DNA of 60,000 nucleotides from Lama guanicoe (lineage: Eukaryota). The stretch lies in assembly GCA_013239625.1 (NCBI GenBank), contig MU054391.1, forward strand, positions 5,291,824-5,351,823, written 5' to 3'. Under the pieces are notes generated by a model. That model was not told the DNA's origin. It saw nothing but the letters and a program-made list of their open reading frames with translations, and ran no database searches. The position numbers were made by a program, and so were the translations under genes. Shown in pieces: positions 38,416 to 49,660 of this stretch. Position 1 is the stretch's first letter; every line of letters begins with the position of its first letter.

Positions 38416-39011
38416 AAAATCACAGAGAAGCAAAGCAGACATGAAAACCTAAGTTTTCATTTGTTAAATAGTTTCTGCATGCTAATTTCCCCCCCTAAAG
38501 TGCTATAGTGAGATCACCATGATAAGTGGATTCAAACTGCTCTCACTTTCGGGATAAATGGGTCCCTTCAGCAACACTGTTTTGGGAAGAGTATGGTTAA
38601 GTGTGGAAATGAAACTTCTGCTTATGGGTACTTGTTCACTTCAATAGGGTTGTTTCTTCTTGTTTTTCTGTTGAATGACACTGTTCACCATAGGTCTTTA
38701 AAGGCACAGGTCTCTTCAAGAGTAACCATTTACAAATTAATAGCAAGTGAAATGGCTAAGTCTTATGTTAAGCCAGCTAACCCTCTAGCAAATTTCAGAG
38801 TTAAGAACATATTTTAAACCTTGATTTGAGAGTGAAAAATTTCAGGTGTTTGAGAACTACTGGGAATTCCTTCAGAAAATGGGCTGTTGGCCAATCTCAA
38901 TGGGCTGCTGACAATGTTATTTTGAGAGGCGTTTCTTTCCTCTTTCCTAGAAATGACAAGTCTGCAACACCATGTTTCTTTTCTTTTTTTTTTTTTTTCT
39001 TTTTGAATGAT

Positions 39012-39331
39012 ACAAGCCTACAACCTCTTATCTGAAACCCTTGGGCTCAGACGTGTATAGTAGTCAGAATTTCTCGGATTTTAGAAAGTTAATACAGCAT
39101 ATACACTAGATATTCTGAATCTGCCCCAGTGGGACCTGGAACAATACTCCATAAGCAAGCAAATTTGTATTTTGTAGCAAAGCATAAATATTCATATGAA
39201 GTGGGATAAACAAGACTGCAGATAGCCTCCTGTCAGTTTATTTCAGGTCAATTTTACCACTAAAAGAGCTTTTCTCTTAAACTTTAGATTTTCAGAGCTA
39301 TTTAGATTCTGAGAAGTGAGTATGGTCCAGT
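39012..39331. mobile_element. MER46C-like (TcMar-Tigger) element
   Basis: cttatctgaaacccttgggctcagacgtgt...cagaatttctcggattttagaaag, with TA at both ends. Confidence 0.7.
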
Positions 39332-39764
39332 AATGGCATGACTATCCCAGCACATTCTTCTCTTTATGAATCAAAAAAAAAGTGTGTGTGTCTATAAGGA
39401 TTTCCTGATACACATTCAACTTAAGTATCTGTTGGAAACTACTCATTCTTGCTATATTAATCTCAGATGCATTAGCTACGTTTTGCTCTGCTCTTGCTTT
39501 AACTCTGGGCTTTTGTGCTTGGCAAGGGTTTCTGAGATTCTCAGGGATGGCTGGAGGAGTAAATTGCTTTGGTGGTTTGGTCCCAGAAATTCTCCCTGCA
39601 ATGGACTTGGTAATGAATTGCTTTCCACCAGTCTTCTCATCCACTTGTATGATGCAATGCAGTTTTGCAATTTTATTTTTGTGGCTACTAGCTACTAAAG
39701 TCTTCTGTACCTGAAAAGCACTATTAAACTACAAAAACAAAAAACAAAGACAAAAACGGTAACT

Positions 39765-40134
39765 GCACCTAAAGAGATAATAGAGTGCACCAAGCTTAAC
39801 TTTGTCCTTGTAGAAGTCTTGATCAGTCTGTACCAGATGCCAAGGACAAACACTGCTTTCTCTTCTTAAATCATAGCCTGATAGATACTAGTCCTCTATA
39901 AATCAAGATCTGAAAACTTACTCTCCAATGTCTACTAAGAAGAACAACAAAACTGTAGCTGGAAAACTAGCTAGGAGGGAACAGAATCTGCCTGGTGGAG
40001 GAGAGGATGCGATTATACAGATAATATCTACAAGACTCGAATCGGAGAAAGTTGCAAACACAGGAAACCACCAAAGACACCAAAACGGTGAAAAAACATA
40101 AAGGGGGAATTCGAAGCAGAGATGCTACAGTTTT
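39765..40134 (+). other. 370-bp segment of unknown origin flanked by a 13-bp direct repeat (putative retro-insertion)
   Basis: AAAAACGGTAACT at 39752-39764 and 40135-40147. The interior was not recognised as a known repeat. Confidence 0.55.
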
Positions 40135-40884
40135 AAAAACGGTAACTTATTGCCTAGTTCAGCTATAAAAGCTATTCAATAATACAGTTATTTCAGAAAG
40201 CAAAATTTCATATGCAATGCTACTAAAATACCAAAAGCCATACATAATGTCTGACCCATGCTGCCACCTCACATAGCAAGTTCTTACATGGGAGCTTAAA
40301 AAAGATTGTTTGACTGGTCCACTGTCCTGCAGTGTCAGGAGACTGCTTTGTCTGACATATTCCATTTCCAGTGTCTCTCACACTTCCTCCTATTCAGATG
40401 CACAAAAGGTTTTTGTAAAGTTTCTCTTGGTTTTATTGCTGGCAGCTCCAGAAACCATGCCATATGCCTGGTATAGAGTTATGCGGTGTGATTTTATTTG
40501 ACTAGTGTCTTCAGAGCTTCTGGATTTTTAAAAATAACTAGGAATTTCCTTCAGGGCTGTTCAGTGAAAATCTGTGCTAACTCAAACTCTTTCCTGGGCC
40601 AGTTATGTATGAGATTTGCCCCCTCTTGTTGCATGTTCTCTCTGAAACCGTAAGAAAAAGCTGGTTCTCCCGATTCTTTCACACGCTCCCCGGGTTTCCT
40701 CCACTTCCAGGAATATCATTTCAGGGTATTCTTACCTTCTCAGAGAGGGTCCTGGATTAGTACCCTAAAACTATTTCCAGCTAACCGACAATGACCGATA
40801 ATTGAAGGGAAAAGCATAGGAAACGCGACTGGGACATTTACCAGCGTCCGGTAAGCACTCTATTCTCTTCTCAATCATTGGGCT

Positions 40885-41030
40885 GTGGATTTGAACCCCC
40901 ACTGGGCCATTGACTGTGTACTCTTGGGAGCACTGTTTGTCTTCTCTGTAAAATAAATAACCATCTCTTTCCCCGCCTCGGAAGGTTGTGAGGATTGGGT
41001 GACACAGTACGTAGTGCAAAAAAGCACTCA
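40885..41030 (+). mobile_element. MIR at the edge of the CpG island
   Basis: ggatttgaaccccc...tctgtaaaata...gaaggttgtgaggattg...aaaagcact. Confidence 0.6.
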
Positions 41031-41763
41031 CTCTGTGGTCATTTCTGGTTACTGTTACCGAACCCCAACCCTGCGGGCGGGCGGGCGGCTGCTGCCCGTG
41101 GGGCGCGGGAGGCAGCTGCCGGGTGGAGCGCGTTGTCCTGTAGGGGGCGAGCTCCTCATACTTTCTCCCGCTCCTGGACGGGCATTCTCGGCGGTTTAGG
41201 GGGACACCAAGAAAGGTTCCAAGCCCGGGGTGGGGTAGGGACGAAAGGGGTGAACAACAGCTCGGCCCGGGAGGTGACGAGCACACCCTGCGCGCGCGCT
41301 GGCGGACCCCGGGTGGGAGTCGGGGCCCGGGCCGTTCCGGGAGGGTCGGACGCGGCCCTGCCTGCCAGGCATGCCCGGCGGGGCGCGCCCTCGAACTCCG
41401 GCGCGCGGCGGGGCCCCGAACGCAGAGACAATGCGGCGCGCGGCGGCGGGAGAGCGGCTCGGCGGGCCGGGGAGCGCGCCGCCTTCCTTCCTGCAGGCTC
41501 AGCTTCCCAGCGGCGGCGGCGGCGGCGGCGAGCGCGCGGATTGGCGGCCCTGCCCTCCGCGCCGCCCCGCCCCGCGCCCGGCCGGCCGCCGCCCCCGGCC
41601 CGGACCCGCCCCTCTCCGCGGGAGTCGTTCGGGGCCGGCGGCTGGGTGGCGGGCAGTTCCCGCCGGCTGTGCGCCTCCGCCTCGGGGCTCGCTCGAGAGG
41701 GCAGGCGGCGGCGGAGCCCTCGGCGCGGCGGGCGGACGGGCCGGGCCCGAGCTGCGCGGGGCT

Positions 41764-41850
41764 NNNNNNNNNNNNNNNNNNNNNNNNNNNNNNNNNNNNN
41801 NNNNNNNNNNNNNNNNNNNNNNNNNNNNNNNNNNNNNNNNNNNNNNNNNN
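41764..41850. other. Assembly gap (87 N)
   Basis: Run of n characters inside the extreme-GC region. Confidence 1.
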
Positions 41851-42038
41851 CCTGCGGCGGCTGGTGCGGCTCCCGCGGCGGCGGCCCGCGTCCCGGCGCT
41901 TCCCTTTGTCCGCGGGCCGGGCGAGCGGCGAGCGGCGGGCGCGGCGAGGGCGGCGGCGGCGTCCGAGCTGCCGGTCGGAGCCCGCGCGGCGGCTGAGGCG
42001 GCGGCTCCCCTGCGGCCGGCTGCCCGCGCGCTGAGGCG

Positions 42039-42164
42039 ATGCCGGACCAGATCTCCGTGTCGGAATTCGTGGCCGAGACCCATGAGGACTACAAGGCGCC
42101 CACGGCCTCGAGCTTCACCACGCGCACGGCGCAGTGCCGGAACACGGTGGCGGCCATCGAGGAG
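42039..42164 (+). CDS. ASAP2: ASAP2 (ArfGAP with SH3 domain, ankyrin repeat and PH domain 2), coding part of exon 1, 42 codons, phase-0 donor
   Basis: The translation MPDQISVSEFVAETHEDYKAPTASSFTTRTAQCRNTVAAIEE is recognisable as the ASAP2 N-terminus. The ATG context is GAGGCGATGC, an in-frame TGA lies upstream at 41994-41996, the donor is GAG|GTGAGC at 42164/42165, and the exon sits in a CpG island. Confidence 0.95.
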
Positions 42165-43437
42165 GTGAGCTGCGCGGGGCGGGCCTCGCCGGGCGGACGG
42201 GCGGCTCCGGCGGCAGGTAGCGCCGCGCCCCGCACCCCCGCCGCGCCCCGCTGGTCCCCTCGGGCCTCGGCCCCCGGCTCCCGCATCCTCGGAAAAGTTT
42301 CTTTTCCTCCGAATCCGGACGCGGCCGGGCGAGCCCTGCCCGAAACAGAAGCCCTTTGTTCCGTGTAGGTGGCTCGGAGGAGATGGCTGCTGGCTGGCTA
42401 CCTTGGGCGTTTTTAGGACCCCTTCCCTCCCTCCTTCCCTCGCTGGGCCCGGGCGATCCCCACCCTCCGTGTGGCCAACTTTGGCCCAAGAGTCGGGGCG
42501 GGCGGTGAGCCGGGACCAGGGTCGTCGGCTCGCCATCGGTCCCCCTGCGCCCACCTCCCAACTTGTACAAGTGCCCCTGCCGGCGGCTGGCCCGGCGCCC
42601 TGAGTCCCGCTCTGCAGACTCTCGGGCGGATCCGAGGGTCCTCGGCTGCCCAGGAAGGGTGTGCACACCTTAGCCAGGAAGGCCTGACCCGTCCCACTCC
42701 GCGCCCGGGGAGGAGCGGGCTTCTGATCGAGAGGCCTTTGCTCTCCCCTACTTCTGATGTGTGTCTTACCTGCTCGCGCCCTGGACGCCTCCCTTCCCCC
42801 ATCAGCCTAGAAAAGGCCTGATTTTAGTTAAGGTGCAAAGTCATCGTGTCTGGTGCTAACTAGTAAGCCCTCCACATCCTGCGGAGAGAGCACTTAGGAA
42901 CCAGCTAGCTTAGGTGACAATCAAAGCAGCATGCGACGAAAGGGCAGAGTTTTGTGAGTCCAGGGCTACCGCTGACTGTGGTTTGGGGCAGCTTCTTACC
43001 TCTTTGCCCTCATTTTCCTTACCCATCAGACTGGACTAGCAGTGCATCCTTTCCAGGGTGATTTTAAGGGTCAAAGATACCGTGTGTCAAGTGCTGGCTC
43101 ATAATAGGTAACTGCTTTCCAAGCCACACGTGTGCCAATATTGAGTCGGTGATTCAATACCTCTTGGTCACAATGTCCTTACGTTCTTAAAATCTGGTAT
43201 AGTAGGTATTTTAGATGACGGCTAGAGTGAGTGAGGGGAAGTCACCAGAGAGCTTTAAATTAAGCAGTGGCATTCATTTTTTTGCCCACTTGAACAAAGC
43301 AGCTGCTGTTAGGAATTGCTTGGGGAAAAAAAACCCTTAATGGAAATTTTTTTCTTTGGGACATAAACAGTCAATAATAGGCTAAATCAAAAGTAGCAGA
43401 TTCAGCATTCTGCATGTTTTAGGTATACCTAAGGCAC

Positions 43438-43497
43438 CCCTCCCTCCCTCCCTCCCTCCCTCTTCCTCTCCTCCACCTTTTTTTTTTTTTTTTTTTG
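43438..43497. repeat. (CCCT)n plus poly(T) tract
   Basis: ccctccctccctccctccctccc followed by a run of ~20 T. Confidence 0.9.
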
Positions 43498-44629
43498 GTA
43501 GAAGAGAGATTGCATGTAAACCTTTTGTAGTGAGCTCTGTGATCCCACATCACTTCGTTCCACTTGAACCAGCAAGGCTTAAAAACGATGCCTTCAAATG
43601 AGGCAGATGGGGATCAGCGTAAGAAGTTTTTTTCAGAAGTGCTGGCTGGAAAGAAGAAGAGAATTTTACCGTGTTTTGAAAATACACTGTGTTTATGGAA
43701 TGATTGCAACCCAAAAGGTAGCTGAATATCTTAAGGGAAGGAAGCTTTGTAGATGATGCCTTAAAAAGAAAGCTTAATTGTGTTTAAAGCTGTTTCTTTT
43801 TCCCATTGCAGGTTGTCATTTAAATATTATTAACACTGGCAGATGTTGGAAAGCTAGGCAAATAGGAATTGCTATTAAAATTGGCAGACCCTTTCCTGAT
43901 TAATTTTAGTTCACAGTGTATAATTCCAAAGCTCTTTTTGTGTGCTGTGCAGGAGATTACCCTGGAGCTCAGTTACTGAGCAGATTAAAGAGAGACTGGA
44001 TTTGGTCATTTTATTAAACAGCAAGCTTGCTTCATGTTACCATCTAAGCACAAGAATTGATTAAAGTCTCAAAAATGAAAAAATTAAAATCATTACAGTT
44101 CTGTCTCACTTTACACACATCCAGTGTACATACTAAGGTAGCGGTCCATGTCAACTTGGATTTAGGAGAGCACTAAATTTGAAAGGTATTTGCTTTCTGA
44201 GTGGAATCACTGTGGCTTCCTTTAAATAATGCTCTTTTTCAGGGTGTTTAATGTTCATGCTCATTACCAAAACTTGTACCATATATGTATGGTTTTATTA
44301 ACAAGTGATGCTCTTATATTTTGATTTTAAATAAATACCTGTTCTTCATACTGAAATGAGACATGAGGGTGGATTTTGTGACATAAAGTTATTCATTTAA
44401 CAAATCATTTTAAAATTTGCAAGTCCTTGGTCCTGTGTTCACACAAATGTGTCATGGAATTTAGTAAACTAATTTTAAACGGATTAACCCTTGTGAACCT
44501 GTTATTTCCAAGATTGGTTATGTTTGCTAAAAATCATTCTACAACCGAAATGCACTTCTTTTTTTTGATATGCACACCTGTAGCTGGACTCTTGGTGGCT
44601 AACGGGTCCCTTTTCTGTAGTATGAACCT

Positions 44630-44990
44630 CACATCTATTGTGTTTATTCCTCACCCCTGATTCACACATGAGGAAATTGAGGCTCAGAGAGGTTAATTTG
44701 CTCAAGGTTACAGAACTAGTACGTTGAAGAGCTGGAATTTGACCTTAGCTCTGTGCGTCTTTCAGAAATACTCCTGCTTTCTGTTACTTTGAATAATGCT
44801 GAATTCTCTAAATTACTACTTTGTTGGGTAGACCTGGGTTCAAGTTCAGACTCCACCACTTGCCAATTGTGTGAAGTTGGGTGAGATAAATAACATTTCT
44901 TCTACTTCCTCAGCTTTAAAGTCTGGATAACAGTACCTGTCTGCTTCAGAGGGTTGTGCTGAGGGTTTACTGTATTAACACAGCATAATA
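44630..44990. mobile_element. Two MIRs in opposite orientation
   Basis: gaggaaattgaggctcagagaggttaatttgctcaaggt (-) and gacctgggttcaagttcagactccaccactt...cagagggttgtgctgagg (+). Confidence 0.75.
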
Positions 44991-46624
44991 CCTGGTTTAA
45001 TAACTGCTAACTGCTTTAACAGATAGTGAGTTCAGAGAACCTGATGAGGGCGTTTGGCCCCAAGACGAGATTTACATGGGTGGGTGGGAGGGTTGGGGAA
45101 GTGGCTGAGAGAGTAAGTGAATGAAGAATTCCTATAGATCGGATAGCTCTTGCTTATTTTTTAACCAGTCTGTTGTCTGGGCGGCAGGTCAGCACATAGC
45201 TGTGTTTTAAAATGTTCACTTGGTGATCACTCTGTCATGGTGAAGTAATTGTTTTGCACAATTTCAGCAAAGTCTGGTACATCAGCTGGAATCTGCCCTG
45301 TGTTTTTTTGGAAATAATGGAAAAAATAAGTAGTTGTGGCTGAATCTGAGAAGTGAGCTTTTTTTTCTCCCCCTTTTTGGAGGGGGTTTATTTCTGTTTT
45401 CTTTGAGTCTGTGGTCACGTTGAAATATTCTCAAAACAGGGAAAAATTGTATACATACATGGACTATCCTTATTTATAGTTGACCCTCCTCCAGAGCACC
45501 ATCCTTTCTGCTTTGCTTACTTGGCTTTGTCAGATACGTAGTTTTAAAAATTATTTGATGTTGGCTTGTAAGTATTAAAATTAAATGTACTTCCTTCCAG
45601 GCCATAATTCTCCACTCTGTTGTCCTTGGTCGCCTTGGAAATCTCATTGCTGTCACAAGCACAGGGTTCTAACTGCAGGAGTAGGGTGAGCATCTGGGCT
45701 GCTCAGACTCCCGGGGGCCTTGCTGTCCTTGGGGCCAGACGCCCCTCCCAGCAGTTGCAGTGGGAACCTGGCCAACATACTTTTTAGGCAAGAATGTGAT
45801 TCTGAATCTTAGCCCTTTGTGACTTATTTAAAAAAACAGCTCTTCCAAATCCCAGACTAACAGACTTTGTATTTATTGCCCAAAGGACATCACCTATTTG
45901 CCCAGTCCTTTCTTATTTTCGGAAACGAGCCCCTGTGGGTCAGACGGGGCCACCTCTTTATGCTGTGTTTTGAAATCCAGATATAGGTATGTGGAAATTT
46001 TTGAGTCACTTAAATAGGGAATGATTCTTGTTATGTGATCTCCATTCTCCCCGACCCCCCATTCAATTTCTCTCTCCTACGATTAACAGTGAAAGTACTA
46101 ACGCTGCCGCTGGTGGGTTCCAGGCCCTGTCATTCATTCAGTGTTTGTTAAGTCCTGCTGTGCGCTGGGAAGTGGAACTAGGATACCAAGAAGAACGAGT
46201 CCTATCTTTGAAACGACCTGCAGCTTAGTGGGAGAGACAGACATCCTATGAACAGACCAGTGCAATAAAGTGTTGTGAGGCTGTGACCGCAGGATTGCCC
46301 AGAATCATGGCTGCGCTGGGACGGGAGTGGCCAGGTGTGCCTGGTTAGGAGGGCCTCGCGTGATGATGAGTGATTGAGGCTTGAAGTCCAGGGAGTCATC
46401 TGTGGGTTACCACAGTGTGGTCTTTTGCCCCTGGCTTCCTGCCTTAGGTCAATACTGACCTATTCCTGAGGTGGCCAGCTAGGCCTCTGGTTGGATTTTC
46501 ATAGCCGGTCCACGGAGGGCTGCTCAGGCCAAGAATTTGGAGTCATCCTTGCTTCTTCTCTCACCCCCCACATTTCTAGCCTGGAGCTCTTCTTCGTGGA
46601 GGACATATATTCCAGGACTGCACT

Positions 46625-47100
46625 CTCCTGTAGTGTAGCCTGAGGTTAAAAACTCAGTTTTCCAGCTGCCCTGGCCACATTTCAAGTGCTCAGGAGCCAT
46701 GTGTGTCTTGGACAGTGTAGGTTGAGAACATCTTCATCACTGCAGGAAATTCTGCTGGACAATGCTGTTTTAGACCCTTGCGGCTCAAAGGAGGGTCCAC
46801 TGACCAGCAGCACTGGTGTCACCCGGGGCCTTGTTAGAAAAGCAGAATTTCAGATCGCACCTTAGATCCTGGGAATCAGAATCTATGTTTTAATAACATC
46901 TACAGGTGCTCATGCACATTTAAGTTTAAGAAGCACTGTTCTAGACTGTGAACCCTGGCTGCACATTGGAATCACTTGGCGGCGGGGGCGGGGCGCAGGG
47001 TGCGTGTTGTAAAATAGAGATGCCTGGCCCACTCCCTGAAATTCTGACTTAATTGGTTTGGGTGGGTCCTGGAGCACTGGCTTTTCTTAAGGCTGCTCCC
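46625..47100. mobile_element. Cluster of hAT-Charlie MITEs: MER3-like (to 46767), MER5A (46776-46938) and a MER5-like fragment
   Basis: gccacatttcaagtgctca (MER3) and cttgttagaaaagcagaatttcag...aagtttaagaagcactg (MER5A), with 8-bp flanks TTTTAGAC and TTCTAGAC. Confidence 0.78.
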
Positions 47101-47129
47101 CAAATAGAGTCGACAGTCTCTGCAGTAAA

Positions 47130-47620
47130 CGTCCTGTAACGTCAGGTAGGATAAGCGCCCTGAAGAAAGTTACACAGAATATAGGAGTAAAATGTGACTT
47201 TGGAGAGCAGGAAACTGGAATCAGGAAAGGCCTCTCTGAAGAGGTGACATCAGAGCAGAGCCCAGGACACGGTGAGGAGGCCAGCCAGGAACGAGCAGCA
47301 TGGGAAGGGGCCCCAAGATGCGTTTAGGGCCAAAAGAGGGCCAGTGATGGAGGAGAGAAGTGGGTGTGGGAGGGGTGAGGGCCGGGCAGTGCCAGATCAC
47401 ACAAGGCCTTGTTGGTCTTGGGAAAGAATGGATTTTGTTCTCACGTGGTGGGGAGCTATTGGAGGGTTCGAGCAAGGAGTACTGTGATCTGATCTCCATG
47501 TTAAACATTTCACGGTGGTTGTTGCAGGGACAAGAGCAGAGCAGGGCATGAGAGAAAAGAGGGAGACTGGTTGGGGCCAGGGGCCGTCCAGGCACAAGGG
47601 TCTGGGATGCTGTGGCAGAG
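47130..47620 (-). mobile_element. L2 fragment
   Basis: tcaggaaaggcctctctgaagaggtgacat...ggagctattggagggttcgagcaagg. Confidence 0.75.
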
Positions 47621-48419
47621 GTGGGGGTGATGCGGGGTCCAGTGGAGACCCTCTGTACTGACAGACTGTCGTGTGTGCAGGGGGTGAGGTGGACAGAACA
47701 GGCTTCCTGCCCCAGTGGAGGCAAAGGCCAAGCTCGGTTCACTCAGGGCCCTGAAGAGTGGACCTCGCGGGGCCCCCACGGCAAAACTGACACTCTCTGG
47801 TGCTACTTAGTGTCCGTATCCCGGCCAGTGATGGGCCGCTCAGCACGACTCGCTAGTGAACTTGCGTTGAGACCATTGGTAAACACTCACTTTGTTTTCA
47901 GCAGACGCCAATCGGGGGAGATTAAGCAGAGTCGTGTAGACAGGGGCCGGGGGGTGTGTTTGCTTCTCCTGCTGCTTGTGGGCAGATGATGGCAGATGAC
48001 TTCCTTGGCTGTCTCAGATGCCTGGGGTGCTGTCCCCAGTCAGCTCCCCAAACACTCCTCTTTCCCGCTGGAGAGAGATGTTGAATTCCCCCCCTTTGCT
48101 CACACTGCCTGTGTTCTGTGGCCTTACCGTGTTGCCAGGGCCTTTCTGGGTACTTCTGTTACCATCTTCTCATGTGAACGATGTGGAATAAATGGGCCAT
48201 CAACCAGGGCTGGGATGCTTGGGCTGGATTTTTGTTTGTATTTGGTTGTGTGGGGCTTATTGATTCATTAATGTGTATGGGCACCTGCCAATATATTGTC
48301 ACTGCCAGGTGCCAGGGATGTAGAAGTGGCCAGGACGAACGCCTTCCCCATAAAGCACATATTTTCTCATCTTTTGTGTGCAGTTAGTGTTTATCCTCTT
48401 CGCCCTTTTTTTTTGTGCC

Positions 48420-48860
48420 TTGGTACCGTGGTGAAGGTGGTAGACCCCTTTTCAGAAAGGTGTTTTAATGAGTCCAGTAAAATACATAGGATCTCAAAGA
48501 GAACCAAATGTATTGAAATACAGTTAGAGAAATATTTGAAAAATCTCTGTCATACTAATACATGTTTCTTTACTAAAGTATTAAATAATCACGAATTGAT
48601 AATGGGTCTAATAACTACTTTAATTTGAGGTACTGATGGATTATAAGCAATATTGGGAGCTATTTCTAACGACTCTGAAGTTATATTCATGCATCTTTTG
48701 TTGGAGTCACAGGTACTGCTAACACTACCATGGTGTGTTGCTTATAGTCATAATTGAAGAAAATGCTAAATTTCAAGTAGAGGCTAATGAAATACAGATG
48801 TAATTCTTTTTTCCAGTCTGAGTTTATGGACCCCCTAAATTCAGGCTAGGAATTCCAGGC
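48420..48860. mobile_element. Charlie4a-like DNA transposon relic
   Basis: gaccccttttcagaaagg...aaaatacataggatctcaaagagaaccaaatgtattgaaatacagtta...atggacccc. Confidence 0.65.
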
Positions 48861-49469
48861 TTGATGGTAAGAGTGTCATAGTTAATTGTGTTTTGGAGTG
48901 AGTGAATGAGTGACTCTGTAAGGTGCTTTTTAAATGGGCTTTGTAATTATTGTACTGTCGTTATCATGAATTGGTTTTTAGAGTTTAGCTGAGGGGATGA
49001 CGCCCTCAGCCCGTGTTCTAATTACCGAGTAGTAAAGGGGTTTAGAGGAGCTCAGGGCGGAGGGTGAAGGTGTCGGTTGTGGTTTGGCAGCCGTGGTGTG
49101 CTCTGCATTTATTCAGGGTCGGGGCTTAGCTGTTTCTCATATGGTCCAGGGTTGGTTCTCACACAGGTGTGTCTGGGAGTCCAGCAAAGTCCTGTAGTTA
49201 GGACCTTGCGCTCGGCTGCCAGTTCTCTACTTTCACCTTTCTCCTTTTCCTGGTTTGTCACACGCTGTCCTTGACTCTGTAGGAGCGATAGTAGATTCAC
49301 AGGTACTGTCTGTCCAGAGTTTTAAGGGAGACCGTGTTTTGTGTTGTTTCCGGTGAGATTACATATTTGAAAAACGACGCTGCTGTTGCCTGAGTGTGTT
49401 TGGGATATCTACAGTGTGGCTGAAGGGTTGTTTTTGGTCACTGTTGTGTTTCCCCCTCTCTCTTGCCTT

Positions 49470-49660
49470 TTCTTTCTAGCATTTATTGGGCGCTTACTGT
49501 ATGCCAGGCATGCTTTAAATTCTTTACACTTATTAACTGTTAACTTGTTTAATAGTTACAAAGCCCCTGTAAGGTCCAGAGAACCTAAGCCATTTTACCA
49601 AGATCACAAAGCTAGGAAGTGGTGGAGCCAGGATTCAAACTCAAGCATTTTAACACAAGA
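49470..49660 (-). mobile_element. MIR SINE
   Basis: catttattgggcgcttactgtatgccaggca...ccaagatcacaaagctaggaagtggtggagccaggattcaaactca. Confidence 0.8.

Larger units (their letters stand above)
41050..42800. promoter_or_regulatory. CpG-island promoter and GC-rich 5' UTR of ASAP2
   Basis: Very high GC and CpG density, multiple GC boxes (CCCGCCC at ~41560-41615), an inverted CCAAT box (ATTGG 41540-41544) and (GGC)n at 41511-41530. No ATG lies between the gap and the start codon. Confidence 0.92.

Noticed and set aside
42165..42368. Continuation of the 109-aa ORF beyond ...AAIEE
   Set aside because: It reads through the canonical GTGAGC donor into the intron, and the ASAP2 similarity stops there.
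40995..42668. Long ORFs (333, 265 and 389 aa) over the CpG island
   Set aside because: Low-complexity R/G/A/P translations caused by stop-codon scarcity in GC-rich DNA. They also span the N gap.
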